Notes: generated by a model not told the origin, from the letters alone. Positions 1 through 10,289 are shown, counted from the first letter of the stretch. The stretch: 64,000 bases of DNA from Armatimonadota bacterium (GCA_041690135.1 JAWLHY010000009.1:1-64000); one strand, 5' to 3'. Translations and numbers: made by a program.

Positions 1-2
1 CC

Positions 3-98
3 GGCGCGAGCGTTCTCACAAACAACGGAGTTGGCATGCAAACATGCTACAACGACTTCGAACTATTGTTCAACAGGGGTGCTCTGGGTCTGCACTAG
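3..98 (+). CDS. possible 3' end of a gene entering from the left edge (GASVLTNNGVGMQTCYNDFELLFNRGALGLH*)
   Basis: Open frame from position 3 to TAG at 96-98 with protein-like composition; no motif recognised. Confidence 0.25.
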   Translation, partial: GASVLTNNGVGMQTCYNDFELLFNRGALGLH

Positions 99-340
99 GA
101 TGATCCACCCAAATTGCCAAATGTGGCTTGGATTATCTTGGGCGGGTCGAAAGACCGATCGATAATTCGCCGAAGCAGAGTCGATTCCTCCCGTCCACTT
201 CAGAATTACCGGCTCCACGACGCGACGTTTCGAACAGCCTCTGCCGGAGGTTGCCTGCGCCTTTGCCTGCCCAGCGTTTCTACCCACAGAGGCGGGCGGT
301 TTACACGTGCCAGGAACCGGAGTCCTGGCACGGCATGTGT

Positions 341-1621
341 CTATTCGGGAAGGGGCTTTCCCTTGGTTTCCGGGAGAAACAACAGGCACAGGAGACCGAG
401 GAGGTAGATCATGCCGGCGGCCATGGCGGCGTTGCCGACCCCACCCAATTGTTTCGCAAGTGAGCCCATCAGCCAGGGGGCCGGGGCGGCGGCGATGCGG
501 CCGATGTTGAAGCAGAACCCGGCGCCGGTGCTCCGGAGACGGGTGGGGAAAAGCTCGGGGAAGTAGATCGCATAGCCCGCGTGCATACCCACCGCGGCGA
601 ACCCGAGCAGCACGAGGCAGGCGACGACCTGGACGTAGGTCTGCGCGAGGAAAAACGTGACCGGAATGAGGGCGACCGTGGCGAGATGGTAGACGAGGAA
701 GGTGGTGCGGCGGCCGAACCGGGAAGCCAGCGGGGCGAAGCAGAGTAGGCCCGCGGTGTTGCCGAAGTTACCGATCAGCGCCGCCAGGCTGCCGAGTTCC
801 GTGAGCTTGCTGGGATCGGTCACCCCCTCGGCCTTGAGGATCTCACGCGCCACTTCCGGCGCCCAGAACACGGTGGTCCAGAGGCCCGCCAGACCTACGG
901 TGGCGAGACCCGCAGCCGCCAGGGCGCGGGAACGGAGCTGGCCGTGCGACCAGAGGTCGGTGAAGCTGCCGGGGCGGGCGCCTTCTTCCTGCTTTGCCTT
1001 TTCCCACCGCTCGGGGTCCTTCAGGCTGGTGCGGATCCAGAGGGTGAGCAGGGCCGGAATGAGCCCGAGGAGGAAGGCAACCCGCCAATCCATCCCCGTC
1101 ATGCCAATGACCGTGCCGGTGAGGGTGGCGAGGAACACGCCGAGACCCGAGGATGCGTGGAACAGGCCCGAGGCCGCCGTGCGGGCGCGTTCCGGGAATA
1201 CTTCCGCCACGATGGCCGCGGCGACCGCCCACTCCCCACCCACGCCCATGGCGACGAGGAAGCGGAGCACGGCCAATTGCTCCCAACTCTGCGCGAAGGC
1301 GGTAAGCGCGGTGAAGAGCGAGTAGAACAGGATGGTCAGCGTCATCACCCGCCGCCGACCCCAGCGGTCGCCCAGCACTCCGAACACCACGCCTCCGAAG
1401 GCGCCGCCCAGCAGGAAGCAGGTGAGGGTCAACCCGGCTATCCGGTTGATCTCCGCATCGGGAACGCCCGCCTCCATCACGCCCCGAACGGCGGGGGTCT
1501 TCAAGATAGCGTAGAGCTGACCCTCGAAGACGTCGAAGACCCAGCCGAGAGAGGCAATCGCCAGTACGGTCCACTGGTAGCGGGTGATGCCGGAGTACCA
1601 GGGTTGTTCGGGGTTGGACAT
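341..1621 (-). CDS. MFS transporter (sialate/sugar-acid:H+ symporter-like)
   Basis: About 12 hydrophobic segments, motif A GVLGDRWGRR, GMGVGGEW-like motif (AMGVGGEW), FPELFPTRLRSTG; ATG at 1621 preferred to the upstream TTG. Confidence 0.9.
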   Translation of the reverse strand: MSNPEQPWYSGITRYQWTVLAIASLGWVFDVFEGQLYAILKTPAVRGVMEAGVPDAEINRIAGLTLTCFLLGGAFGGVVFGVLGDRWGRRRVMTLTILFYSLFTALTAFAQSWEQLAVLRFLVAMGVGGEWAVAAAIVAEVFPERARTAASGLFHASSGLGVFLATLTGTVIGMTGMDWRVAFLLGLIPALLTLWIRTSLKDPERWEKAKQEEGARPGSFTDLWSHGQLRSRALAAAGLATVGLAGLWTTVFWAPEVAREILKAEGVTDPSKLTELGSLAALIGNFGNTAGLLCFAPLASRFGRRTTFLVYHLATVALIPVTFFLAQTYVQVVACLVLLGFAAVGMHAGYAIYFPELFPTRLRSTGAGFCFNIGRIAAAPAPWLMGSLAKQLGGVGNAAMAAGMIYLLGLLCLLFLPETKGKPLPE

Positions 1622-1644
1622 GGGCGTTGGGCTTTCGGGCAACT

Positions 1645-1666
1645 GGAGCGCGGACGTCTCGTCCGC
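1645..1666 (+). repeat. REP-like hairpin GGAGCGCGGACGTCTCGTCCGC
   Basis: Imperfect palindrome GCGGACG-TCT-CGTCCGC; second copy in opposite orientation at 47753-47774 with a compensatory base-pair change. Confidence 0.7.
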
Positions 1667-1667
1667 C

Positions 1668-1781
1668 GGTGTTCAGGTAGTCAGGTGTTCGGGTGTTCAG
1701 GTAGTCAGGTGTTCAGGTAGTCAGGTGTTCAGGTAGTCAGGTGTTCAGGTAGTCAGGTGTTCAGGTAGTCAGGTGTTCAGG
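1668..1781. repeat. tandem octamer array (16-bp unit TCAGGTAG-TCAGGTGT)
   Basis: Five consecutive perfect 16-mers at 1697-1776, one more at 1673-1688 and a variant octamer between. Confidence 0.95.
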
Positions 1782-1788
1782 CGTGAGA

Positions 1789-4626
1789 TTACTTGGTTAA
1801 CCTTGCTTCCGGTTTGGCCCACTTCAGGCTGAGATTGATCCCGCCGGCCAGTTGGGGGTACCGGACGTGGACCGTGGGGCCTTCGATCCGGGCCTCCACC
1901 TGCACCGATCGTCCGCTCGTGTCGCTGCCCTGGGCGCCCGCCAGGGTGTAGCCGGCGGTGGAGAGGCGCATCTCACCCCAGGTGCCCGTGGGGCCGTCGA
2001 CGATGAAACGGGTGGTGCGGGTGTTCGCTTCCAGAAGCCGGGCGCGGTGCGTGGCATGGAGGAGGGCCGGCGCCTTGCCGCCGAGTTGAACCGCCTTGAG
2101 CAGGACCGGCTCCTGGTAGGGGAGCGACGGGTTCTCCAGGAGGGGCAGGTCCGGCTTGAAGAGGTCCAGGTACTGGCCCGGTAGCTGCATCGATCGCCCG
2201 AGGGCATGCGCGACCACATAGGGTCCCCGTCGCACCACCAGCGGCCCTTCCTGGTAGTTCAGGCCCGCCTTTCCGCACGCCAGGCGGACGTACTCGCGCA
2301 GGAGGGCGGCGCCGGAAGAACTGTCCGCCAGCGCCGCCGCCGGAAGCCCGCAGAAGAGGACGGTGCCCCGCTCGCAGGTCGCGCTCCAGGCCGGGCTGGG
2401 AGCGGTTTCTCCGGCCCGAGCCACCCGGTATAGCGGCTCGGCGCCCGCGAGGGGATAGGCAACCAGCGAGTATCCCGAGGCGGCGCGAATGGTCGGAAGC
2501 TCCGGCCGAACGGGCTCCAGCAGCACCGAAGGGTCTTCCCCCGTGGAGAGGCTGACCTGCGACTGTCCCCCCAGCTCAAGCTCCAGGGTGGCCGTGGGGC
2601 CGAGGCGGGAGAAGCGATAGACGAACGAGCCGTCCTGTTCGACGGTGCGCCCGCCTTCCCGGCGCTGTGAACCGATCTCCTCCGTGAGAAAGGCGCGCTC
2701 CGCGACCGAACCGGCGGTGAAATCGGCGCGGACGCGGTCCCCCTCCACCAGGCGGACCCGCCCCAGCCAGAGCCCACCCGCCGTCGTGGGGTTGGCATCG
2801 GTGAACCGCACGTAGACCGGCTTCTTGCCGGACGCCGCATCCGCCAGGGAGAGTCGCACGGAGCCGCGCATTTCGCTTTCCGGCCGGAGCGCGGGCCGGT
2901 AGCGGTCTCCCGGTCGCTGCGTGGCGCGGAAGGCGACCTCCACGCCGGCGCCGCATGCCCGGAGCAGGTGTTCGGTGGGGCTGGGGAAGCCGTTGCGGTT
3001 CCACCACTCACCGGCGTCGTTGTAGGCGTCCTCCCCGCCCACGAGGATCAGCACTCCGCCCGCCTTGACCCATGCCGCCAGTTCCTGGTGGACCTCCGGG
3101 CCCAGCGGTTTCTGGAAGTCGTAGGAGAGCAGCAGCACCCGGAACCGGGATAGATAGCCCTTCTCCGTCACGCGCTCCCCGGGGACCAACTCCACGGGAA
3201 TGCCTCGCTGGAGGAGAGGCAGGGTGAGACCATCCAGAGACCGAAGGGAGCTTTGCTGCGGCCCTCCACGCTGCCACTGGAGCGTGTCGAAGGTGAGCAC
3301 GCCGATGCCGCGGGTGCTGGCGCCCCAGTCCAGTGCCTGGCCCACCTCCAGGTCCTTCACCACGCCCGCGAGCGCGGTGTGGAGCGTGAGGCTGTGCGAC
3401 AGGCCCATCGTGCTGGTGTCGGCGTCCATCCCGGCCGTGTACGTGCGTTCCGGGTAGGCGGCAGTCTCATAGCCTCGCGCCTGCGGGAACAGGAGCGCTG
3501 TGGCGAGGTGCGCGCGATAGGCACGGGCCGCCGCCGCGGCCGATGTGGCCTCGCCGCCGGGGTCCATCAGGTAGTACAGCGATTGGTCCGGCCTTCCCTC
3601 CATCAGGTTGGCGAAGTAGCTGCCGGCCAGCCATGCCATTTCAAACGGGCGCGGCTCCAGCTTGCCCTCCAGGGCATGGGGGGAGAAGTCCGGCCGGATC
3701 TGGGCGGCGATACCGCCGATGGGGAGCGCCGCCGCGGCGGAGTGGGGGAAGACCATGCCCTCCCGCGCGTAGTTCAGCGGCGAGTCGAGGGTGAGCAGCA
3801 GCCGGGTCTCGCGGGTCTTCAACTGACCGTAGTCCCGGACGTGCTTTTGCAACTCATTGACCAGCCGCAGAGAGAGGTCGGCGCGCAGCCGGGAGCCCCG
3901 GAAAAAGGTGGTCGGGGAAGTGTGCGGCGCCTGCCACGGCGCCTGGAACAGCTCCGTCCAGGCCGATTTGAAGGTGGGGCTGTACCCGCCCAGCGCCGGC
4001 AGCCCAGGATCTTCCGCCCAGATTCCGGCCGCGCCCGCGTCGATCGCGTGCCGGATGTTGTCCTTGAGATAGGCGATCCAGCTCGCCGTCGGCAGCAGGA
4101 CCGGACGGTCGCGCCATGATACGGGGCTCCCGGATGCGTCCAGATCGACGTCGTTGAGGTGGGGAATGCCGTCCGCCATGCCGCTGGTGAAGAACGAACC
4201 GGGATCGGAATTGATGGGGAGGAAGCGGTAGGTGGGAATGCCGGCGGAGCTCCAGGACTGAACCGCGCGGTCGAGCTCATCCCAACGCGCGCCGGCTTTC
4301 GCCACCGCCAGGGAATCGACCTTCAGATCCAGGCGGGGGTCGAATTCGGCACTGGTTCGCAGTGTCAGGGACGGGGGGGCGGTTTTCGGGGCCGCGGGCT
4401 GTGCGGAATTCCCGGCAGGGAGGGCCGGAACCTGGCTCCGCTCCGGCGGAAGCTTTTGGGAAGCAAGCTTCTTCTTCGCCGGCCGAGGGGCAGGTTTCGG
4501 GGCAGCGGAAGTCGCTGCCGCCAACAGGCTACCGAGGAGGGTCAGGGTGGCGGCGGGGCGAGTGAGGGGGCTTTTCGGGTTCAGGCGTTCAGGCATTGGG
4601 CATTCAGGCATTGGGCATTCAGGCAT
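1789..4626 (-). CDS. large secreted hypothetical protein; putative glycoside hydrolase-like barrel plus beta-galactosidase trimerisation (GATase-like) domain
   Basis: 945-aa ORF; signal-like TLTLLGSLLAAATSAA followed by Pro/Lys linker; LLLSYDFQKP...ELAAWVKAGGVLILVG segment typical of trimerisation domains; start lies within a repeat and is uncertain (4626/4611/4596). Confidence 0.7.
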   Translation of the reverse strand: MPECPMPECPMPERLNPKSPLTRPAATLTLLGSLLAAATSAAPKPAPRPAKKKLASQKLPPERSQVPALPAGNSAQPAAPKTAPPSLTLRTSAEFDPRLDLKVDSLAVAKAGARWDELDRAVQSWSSAGIPTYRFLPINSDPGSFFTSGMADGIPHLNDVDLDASGSPVSWRDRPVLLPTASWIAYLKDNIRHAIDAGAAGIWAEDPGLPALGGYSPTFKSAWTELFQAPWQAPHTSPTTFFRGSRLRADLSLRLVNELQKHVRDYGQLKTRETRLLLTLDSPLNYAREGMVFPHSAAAALPIGGIAAQIRPDFSPHALEGKLEPRPFEMAWLAGSYFANLMEGRPDQSLYYLMDPGGEATSAAAAARAYRAHLATALLFPQARGYETAAYPERTYTAGMDADTSTMGLSHSLTLHTALAGVVKDLEVGQALDWGASTRGIGVLTFDTLQWQRGGPQQSSLRSLDGLTLPLLQRGIPVELVPGERVTEKGYLSRFRVLLLSYDFQKPLGPEVHQELAAWVKAGGVLILVGGEDAYNDAGEWWNRNGFPSPTEHLLRACGAGVEVAFRATQRPGDRYRPALRPESEMRGSVRLSLADAASGKKPVYVRFTDANPTTAGGLWLGRVRLVEGDRVRADFTAGSVAERAFLTEEIGSQRREGGRTVEQDGSFVYRFSRLGPTATLELELGGQSQVSLSTGEDPSVLLEPVRPELPTIRAASGYSLVAYPLAGAEPLYRVARAGETAPSPAWSATCERGTVLFCGLPAAALADSSSGAALLREYVRLACGKAGLNYQEGPLVVRRGPYVVAHALGRSMQLPGQYLDLFKPDLPLLENPSLPYQEPVLLKAVQLGGKAPALLHATHRARLLEANTRTTRFIVDGPTGTWGEMRLSTAGYTLAGAQGSDTSGRSVQVEARIEGPTVHVRYPQLAGGINLSLKWAKPEARLTK

Positions 4627-4632
4627 TAGGCG
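4580..4632. repeat. tandem 8+7-mer array (TTCAGGCA/TTGGGCA) overlapping the start of the 945-aa ORF
   Basis: Directly visible; encodes MPECP-MPECP-MPERL on the minus strand. Confidence 0.9.
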
Positions 4633-4797
4633 TTGGGGAAGTCCACAGATGACGCAGATGGGAAAGATGGGAATTCGGGTGGTCAGAGGTGCAGAAGTCT
4701 GGTGGGAGTGGGTTCGTTTGGATGTCGCTTACCGGAAATCCTGTTCCAGTCATTTCCGTGCTTCGGGGAAGGGGTCCAGTCGTGGTGTCGCACCGAC

Positions 4798-4823
4798 GTA
4801 GGGCAGGCTTTCCGATGCCTGCC
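4798..4823 (+). repeat. GTAG-type REP-like hairpin
   Basis: GTAG followed by GGCAGGC-tttccgat-GCCTGCC. Confidence 0.55.
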
Positions 4824-5241
4824 TGGCTCTGCATTAGCACCGGTTGTGCCGTGTGAACCTATCCGAGCGGCCCTGGACCACGGAATGTTGAGCCTGTGCC
4901 GGAAGCCTGAACCTTCTGAATGCCATGGGTCCGCTCGGCTGCTCCAGCCAGCATGACCTTTGCCGGGTCCAATTCCAGGCCGGGACAGCGTTCCGGCCCT
5001 ACTTTCCGTTTCCTTAGCTGATAAGAGTTTCCCCTTCGCTGGATAGGTCACCATCGCGCAATACTTCAGGTTCCCGGACGCATGGGGTGGGTCCGGATAA
5101 GATCCAGACGGCGAGCACCCTTCTTCTCTTCTTTACGAAACGGCGCTCTCCACCTATTCCGTCGGCAGTCGCCGGATGCCCTGCCAGTTTCTGCTCCCGC
5201 CACCGTACTCCCTTTCGCGGGGTGGAGTTCAAGGCTCGAGA

Positions 5242-6345
5242 ATGAAAGTAACGATGCTCGGCTCCTGGGACGTGCGCTGCGGGATCGCGGACTATACCCG
5301 GCGGTTGGTGGAGGCCCTGCGAGACGAGATCGAAGTTGACGTGGTTCCCGCAACCTTCCAGGCGTGCCCGAGAGCGGTCTACACGGCGATGGGCTCCGTG
5401 CTGAATGGCGGCGATGTGGCGCACGTGCAGCATTCCTACGCGATCTTTGGGGGCATGCATCCGCTCCGCTCCGGTTGGGGGGCGATGGCGGACGAGGTGC
5501 GACGGCCGCTCCTGGTCACGCTGCATGAACTGGATCTCCAGGCGCGGGGAACCTACCATCTTCCCGCGCCGGCGGAACTGGCCTATAAGCGGTGGTTCAA
5601 CCGCTCCGTCTTTCTCCATCCGGCCGTGGGCGGCTGGTTCGTGCACTCGCGCGAGCTGCGTGAGGGCCTGCTCCGCCTGGGTGCTCCGGAAGACCGCGTC
5701 ATTTACCGGCCGATCCCGGTGGAGAGCGCTCCGGGCGGAAACCTAGACCTTCGGGAGCTGCGCACCCGGTTCCGCCTGGAAGGCAAGCGCCCCCTGGTGA
5801 TCCTTGGGTTCCTCACGCGCCGAAAGGGATACGACCTGGCGCTGGCCGCGCTCCGGCAGCTGCCCGAAGAGTTCGTCCTGGTGGCGGCGGGCGGCGAGCA
5901 CGCCGCGGACCGCACCGGCACGGAGCAGTGGCTGCGGGAGGCGGCCGGGGAGGCGGGCGTGGCGGAGCGACTGCGGATCACGGGATTCCTCCCCGAGAGC
6001 GACCTGGATGGGGTGACCGCCCTCGCCGAGGCCGTCCTGGCGCCCTTCCATGAAATGAGCGCTTCCGCCTCCGTGAGCTACGCCCTGGCCCGCCGGAAGG
6101 CGGTTATTGCCTCCGACCTCCCGGAGAACCGGGCTCTCGGCAGCGTGCGTTGTTTTTCGCGGGGAAACGTCGAGGCGTTGGTTTCCGCAATCAAGGAGGT
6201 GACCGGCAGCCCCATGGTGAAGGAATCCCTCGAGCAGGCTGCCGGTGACTACGCAGCCCGCCATAGCTTTTCTGCACTGGCCCGCCTCACGCGGCAGTTG
6301 TATGAACAGTTGGCGGGAGAGCCCACCTTCGGGTCCCGCCGGTAA
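5242..6345 (+). CDS. glycosyltransferase family 4 (GT-B)
   Basis: CGIADYT N-terminal motif, VTLHE, GFLTRRKG, VIASDLP. Confidence 0.9.
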   Translation: MKVTMLGSWDVRCGIADYTRRLVEALRDEIEVDVVPATFQACPRAVYTAMGSVLNGGDVAHVQHSYAIFGGMHPLRSGWGAMADEVRRPLLVTLHELDLQARGTYHLPAPAELAYKRWFNRSVFLHPAVGGWFVHSRELREGLLRLGAPEDRVIYRPIPVESAPGGNLDLRELRTRFRLEGKRPLVILGFLTRRKGYDLALAALRQLPEEFVLVAAGGEHAADRTGTEQWLREAAGEAGVAERLRITGFLPESDLDGVTALAEAVLAPFHEMSASASVSYALARRKAVIASDLPENRALGSVRCFSRGNVEALVSAIKEVTGSPMVKESLEQAAGDYAARHSFSALARLTRQLYEQLAGEPTFGSRR

Positions 6346-6453
6346 GAACAGGCAGGCAGCGTCCGCTTAGTTGGCGTAGAAGCGCTTGCTATGTTAGACT
6401 CTGCGTACCGGCCCGGAGGTCGGTGCCCTCAGGTTGTGATGGAGAGCGCCCTC

Positions 6454-6849
6454 ATGGATCGACGCGAACTACTGCAGAAGGCCGTTTCGTTCATTCCGGT
6501 GGCCTCGGTGGCCGGGCTCCTGGCTCCGAGCGAGGCGGAAGCCCGCAAGCGCCGCCGCCGCCCCCGCGGTATCGAAGGCTTGATTCAGGACCTGCAGCCG
6601 GGGCGCCTGAACGGCGCCACGATCGTGATGCGCGTGACCCGCCCCGATACCCAGTCGTTCGCCGATTTCGTGCTCACCCGGAAAACGGTGATCTATGCCA
6701 TGGGCTCGCGGGTGCGCTTCAACCAGTTCCTGGAAATGCTGTATGTGGATCCGGAAGCGATCAATCGCCAGTACCACCTTGCCTCTGTCAGCGTGCTTCC
6801 CGGCAAGAACGGCACGAACCCGCGGCGGGTCGACATCGAGGCCCTGTAG
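6454..6849 (+). CDS. hypothetical exported protein with twin-arginine signal
   Basis: MDRRELL, hydrophobic stretch, AEA cleavage-like site; GGAG RBS upstream. Confidence 0.7.
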   Translation: MDRRELLQKAVSFIPVASVAGLLAPSEAEARKRRRRPRGIEGLIQDLQPGRLNGATIVMRVTRPDTQSFADFVLTRKTVIYAMGSRVRFNQFLEMLYVDPEAINRQYHLASVSVLPGKNGTNPRRVDIEAL

Positions 6850-6984
6850 CGCCGCGATCTGATCTCGTCCGGCAGTAGGAGTGGTAGCGGTCCGGGTTCT
6901 GTGGGGCTGCGATACGATTTGAAGAGGAAAGCGAGCCATTCGCTTTCCTCTTTTTGCGTCTCGGCAACTGTGTTTGGGGGAGGA

Positions 6985-8133
6985 ATGGCGCGTATCGCAT
7001 TGGACTGCCGGACGGTGACCGCACCCAAGACGGGAGACCGCACCTACACCCTGAACCTGATGCGGGCTCTGGCGGAGTTGGCAGGGCCGGATGCGGCGCA
7101 CGAGTACTTTCTCTACACCACCGAGCCCACGACCCTGACCCAGCTAGAGCCGGCCACGCCGGGACCGCGGTTCGAGAGTGTGGTCCTGCCGAGCCGGCCG
7201 GGATGGGCCTGGACGCCCCTGGTCTTTCCCCAGGACCTGCGCCGCCGGGGGATGGGCCTGGCCCACGTCCAGTACATCATCCCACCCATCGCGCCCTGTC
7301 CGGTGGTGACCACCATCCACGACGTGGCGTTCCGCCGGTATCCGGAGCTCTTTCCGCTCAAGCACCGGCTCCTCTTGAACTGGTTGATTCCGCTCGCCGC
7401 GCACCACGCGGCGGCGGTGATCACCGGGAGCGAGGCCACCCGGCGCGACCTGCTCGAGTTCTACGGCATCCCCGCGGAGAAGGTGCACGTGACCCCTTAC
7501 GCCGCGGACCCGATCTACCGGCCGATGGACCGCAGAGCTGCGCAGCGGGCCGTGCGCTCGCGCCTCGGCGTCCCCAGCCCGTACGTGCTCTCCGTGGGGG
7601 TATTGCAGCCCCGCAAGAACCTCCCCCGCCTGGTCCGCGCCTACAACCGGGCGGCACGGGATTTTCCGCACCGCCTGGTGATCGTGGGGAAGGAGGGTTG
7701 GGCGGGAGAGGAACTGCGGCAGGCGGTGGCCCAGGCGCCGGCGGGGAAGGAACCGCTCTTCACGGGGTACGTGGCCGACGCCGACCTACCCGCGCTCTAC
7801 GCCGGTGCGGACCTGTTTGCCTACCCCAGCCTGTATGAGGGGTTCGGCCTGCCGCCCCTGGAAGCCATGGCCTGCGGTACCCCCGTGCTCACCAGCAACG
7901 TCTCCTCGCTTCCGGAAGTGGTGGGGGAGGCGGCAGTGACGGTAGACCCTCGAGATGAATCCGCACTGGTCGCCGCCCTGCGCCGGCTGCTCGCGGCTCC
8001 CGCGGACCGCGAACGGCTGAGCGCCGCGGGCGTGGCCCGTGCTCGCCTTTTCAGTTGGGAACGGACCGCTCGCGAGACCGTGGAGGTATACTGCCGCGTT
8101 CTGGATCCACTCGCTGGAAACTCTCAGTCTTAA
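6985..8133 (+). CDS. glycosyltransferase family 4 (mannosyltransferase-like)
   Basis: [26 protein letters not shown]; GGAGG RBS. Confidence 0.95.
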   Translation: MARIALDCRTVTAPKTGDRTYTLNLMRALAELAGPDAAHEYFLYTTEPTTLTQLEPATPGPRFESVVLPSRPGWAWTPLVFPQDLRRRGMGLAHVQYIIPPIAPCPVVTTIHDVAFRRYPELFPLKHRLLLNWLIPLAAHHAAAVITGSEATRRDLLEFYGIPAEKVHVTPYAADPIYRPMDRRAAQRAVRSRLGVPSPYVLSVGVLQPRKNLPRLVRAYNRAARDFPHRLVIVGKEGWAGEELRQAVAQAPAGKEPLFTGYVADADLPALYAGADLFAYPSLYEGFGLPPLEAMACGTPVLTSNVSSLPEVVGEAAVTVDPRDESALVAALRRLLAAPADRERLSAAGVARARLFSWERTARETVEVYCRVLDPLAGNSQS

Positions 8134-8221
8134 GATACTCGTTAGAATCTCCGGAATAGGGAATGCTCCGGCTATAGTAATGACGTGGCTATGCTTGGAG
8201 ATAGCTTGAGGAGGTAGTATC

Positions 8222-8482
8222 TTGCTGGAAGCCGAGCAGTTCGACGGCGCGGCCCCCGAGAGCCGCCCGTCGGATGACCGAACAGCAACCGCTCCCACGG
8301 CGACCAGCCGCGGTGGCCGGGCGGTGGTAGAGAAGTACGGAAAAGAACACATGGCGAAGATCGGCCGCAAGGGGTCGAACGCCGTCATCAGGAAGTACGG
8401 TCTTCGGTTCTATTCGGAGATTGCGGCCCGCAACAAAGGAGTGAAGAAGCGTCGCTCCGCGGATCGCCAGTCTCCCGCGTGA
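8222..8482 (+). CDS. small basic KGG-repeat (general stress protein-like) protein
   Basis: RGGRAVVEKYGKEHMAKIGRKG and KYGLRFYSEIA repeats; GAGGAGG RBS before TTG. Confidence 0.7.
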   Translation: MLEAEQFDGAAPESRPSDDRTATAPTATSRGGRAVVEKYGKEHMAKIGRKGSNAVIRKYGLRFYSEIAARNKGVKKRRSADRQSPA

Positions 8483-8615
8483 GGCGAGGGCCTTTCATCG
8501 GGAAACCTGGGGAGGCTGCCGGCGGTCCTTCTCGTGGACCGGGGCGGCATTGCCCCTGATATAGATGCATCCAGAGCGGGAGGTGTCCTCATCGGGCGCC
8601 TCCCGCTCTGCTGTG

Positions 8616-10289
8616 TCACTCCTGGGTGACGGTGATCTCTTGATTCACCGGAAGGTCTTGGAGGGTTTGTTCTTTTCCGCCGGGCCAGCGCACGGTGAGG
8701 CGCCGGACTTCGCGGGCGGCGCCGAGGCCGAAGTGGACGCGGGGGTCGCCGGCGGCATAGTAGCTGCCCCCACTCGTCGCCAGCCTTACCTGTTTGCCGT
8801 TGCCGGTATCGCAGGTCAACAGGGCGCCGCGGCCGTCCCGGTTGCCGGTTCTCCCCTTCAGGACCACCCGGAGCCAGCCGTGGGTGGAGGGCGTCTCGTT
8901 GCGGAGGAGCATCGGGGGGCCCTCCAGGTCGGAGAGCACCACGTCGATATCCCCGTCGTTATCGAGATCGCCCGTGCAGAGGGCGCGTCCGACGACCCGC
9001 CGCTGCAGGGCGGCGCCGGCCGATGCGGAGACGTCTTGAAACCGTCCATCCCCCGTGTTCCGCAGGAGTTGCGCGGGCTGCGCATAGGAGGTGGTGGCAT
9101 CCACCGTTTCCACGAGTTGCTGTGGATGACCGTTGGCAATCGCCAGGTCGGACCAGCCGTCGTTGTCCAGGTCCGCGAACTGGGCGCCGAAGCCGACGAA
9201 GCGGGTAGTGGCCGCCGCGATGCCGGAAGGGAACGCCGCATTGAGGAAGGTGCCTCCGCCTTCGTTGCGGTACAGGCTGTTCGGCTCCTGATGGAAGGTC
9301 GTCACGAACAGGTCGAGGTGGCCGTCGCCGTTGTAATCGGTGGCGGCCACGCCCATGCCTCCCTGCACGGCGCCATCCGGTCCGGCGGCCGTGCCGCGGG
9401 CCAGGGCCTCTTCATGCGCCTTCCCCGCCGGGTCGAACCGGAGCATGTCCGCTTCCATCTGGTCGTTTGCCAGGTACAGTTCCGGGCGCCCGTCACCGTC
9501 CCAGTCGGCCGCCAACGCCCCCAGGGTCTTTCCATGGCCCTTGGGCTCGCCGGTTACAGGTTGGAAGCGCCAGTCTCCCAGGTTCCGGTAGAGCATTCCC
9601 TTCTGCGGGCGGTAATGGAGTGGTCCGCAGCCGGTGGTGATGCCCTGGGTGAGGCAGAGACCGGAATGGTCGCCGAGATCCACGTACGCGGCGACGTAAA
9701 GGTCCAGGCGTCCGTCGCCGTCGTAGTCCAGGAAGTCGACGGCGGAGTTCCAGCGGTTGGGGTCCGTCACCGCCGTGCCGCTGGAGGGGGTGACGTCCTG
9801 GAACTTGCCGCCGCCGAGGTTCCGGTACAGCGCGGCGGTCCCTTTCGCCGCCAGGTAGAGGTCTGTCCGGCCGTCCCCGTCCAGATCGCCCGCGGCGCAG
9901 CCCTGCCAGTAGCCCTTCTGGCGCAGCCCAGATGCGGCGGTGACGTCCTGGAAGCGCCATTTCCCCAGGTTGCGGTAGAGGCGGACCTGGTCCGGACCCG
10001 TGAGGAGGAGATCGAGCCGGCCGTCGCCGTCCACGTCCAGGAGCCCGGCGGCATGGCCGATGGTGTCCAGGATGCTTAACGGGGAGCGCCCGCCGTGCCC
10101 CAGGCGGAAGTCCACCCCGGACTCGGGATAGACGTCCGCAAATCGGAACGGCCCGGACGCGGCGGATGCGGCGGGCGTAGTGGTGGCCGTCGGTGGCGGA
10201 GTTCCGGGGCAACCGGAGAGGAGGGCGACGGAGCCCAGGGTGACGGGCAGACCGGCGATGCACCGGAGAGCGAAGGATTGGCGAGTCAT
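8616..10289 (-). CDS. CRTAC1-family lipoprotein (FG-GAP/VCBS repeats + ASPIC/UnbV domain)
   Basis: Multiple DxDGDGxxDL repeats, C-terminal SGGSY...VHFGLG...VRWPGG; lipobox LLSGC; ATG overlaps upstream stop (ATGA). Confidence 0.92.
   Translation of the reverse strand: MTRQSFALRCIAGLPVTLGSVALLSGCPGTPPPTATTTPAASAASGPFRFADVYPESGVDFRLGHGGRSPLSILDTIGHAAGLLDVDGDGRLDLLLTGPDQVRLYRNLGKWRFQDVTAASGLRQKGYWQGCAAGDLDGDGRTDLYLAAKGTAALYRNLGGGKFQDVTPSSGTAVTDPNRWNSAVDFLDYDGDGRLDLYVAAYVDLGDHSGLCLTQGITTGCGPLHYRPQKGMLYRNLGDWRFQPVTGEPKGHGKTLGALAADWDGDGRPELYLANDQMEADMLRFDPAGKAHEEALARGTAAGPDGAVQGGMGVAATDYNGDGHLDLFVTTFHQEPNSLYRNEGGGTFLNAAFPSGIAAATTRFVGFGAQFADLDNDGWSDLAIANGHPQQLVETVDATTSYAQPAQLLRNTGDGRFQDVSASAGAALQRRVVGRALCTGDLDNDGDIDVVLSDLEGPPMLLRNETPSTHGWLRVVLKGRTGNRDGRGALLTCDTGNGKQVRLATSGGSYYAAGDPRVHFGLGAAREVRRLTVRWPGGKEQTLQDLPVNQEITVTQE

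Noticed and set aside
1668-1781. 16-bp repeats as iterons or CRISPR
   Set aside because: Contiguous tandem units with no spacers and no rep or cas gene nearby
4633-5240. Short ORFs or an ncRNA in the divergent intergenic region
   Set aside because: No RBS-supported ORF with a recognisable motif and no RNA family signature; only repeats were supportable
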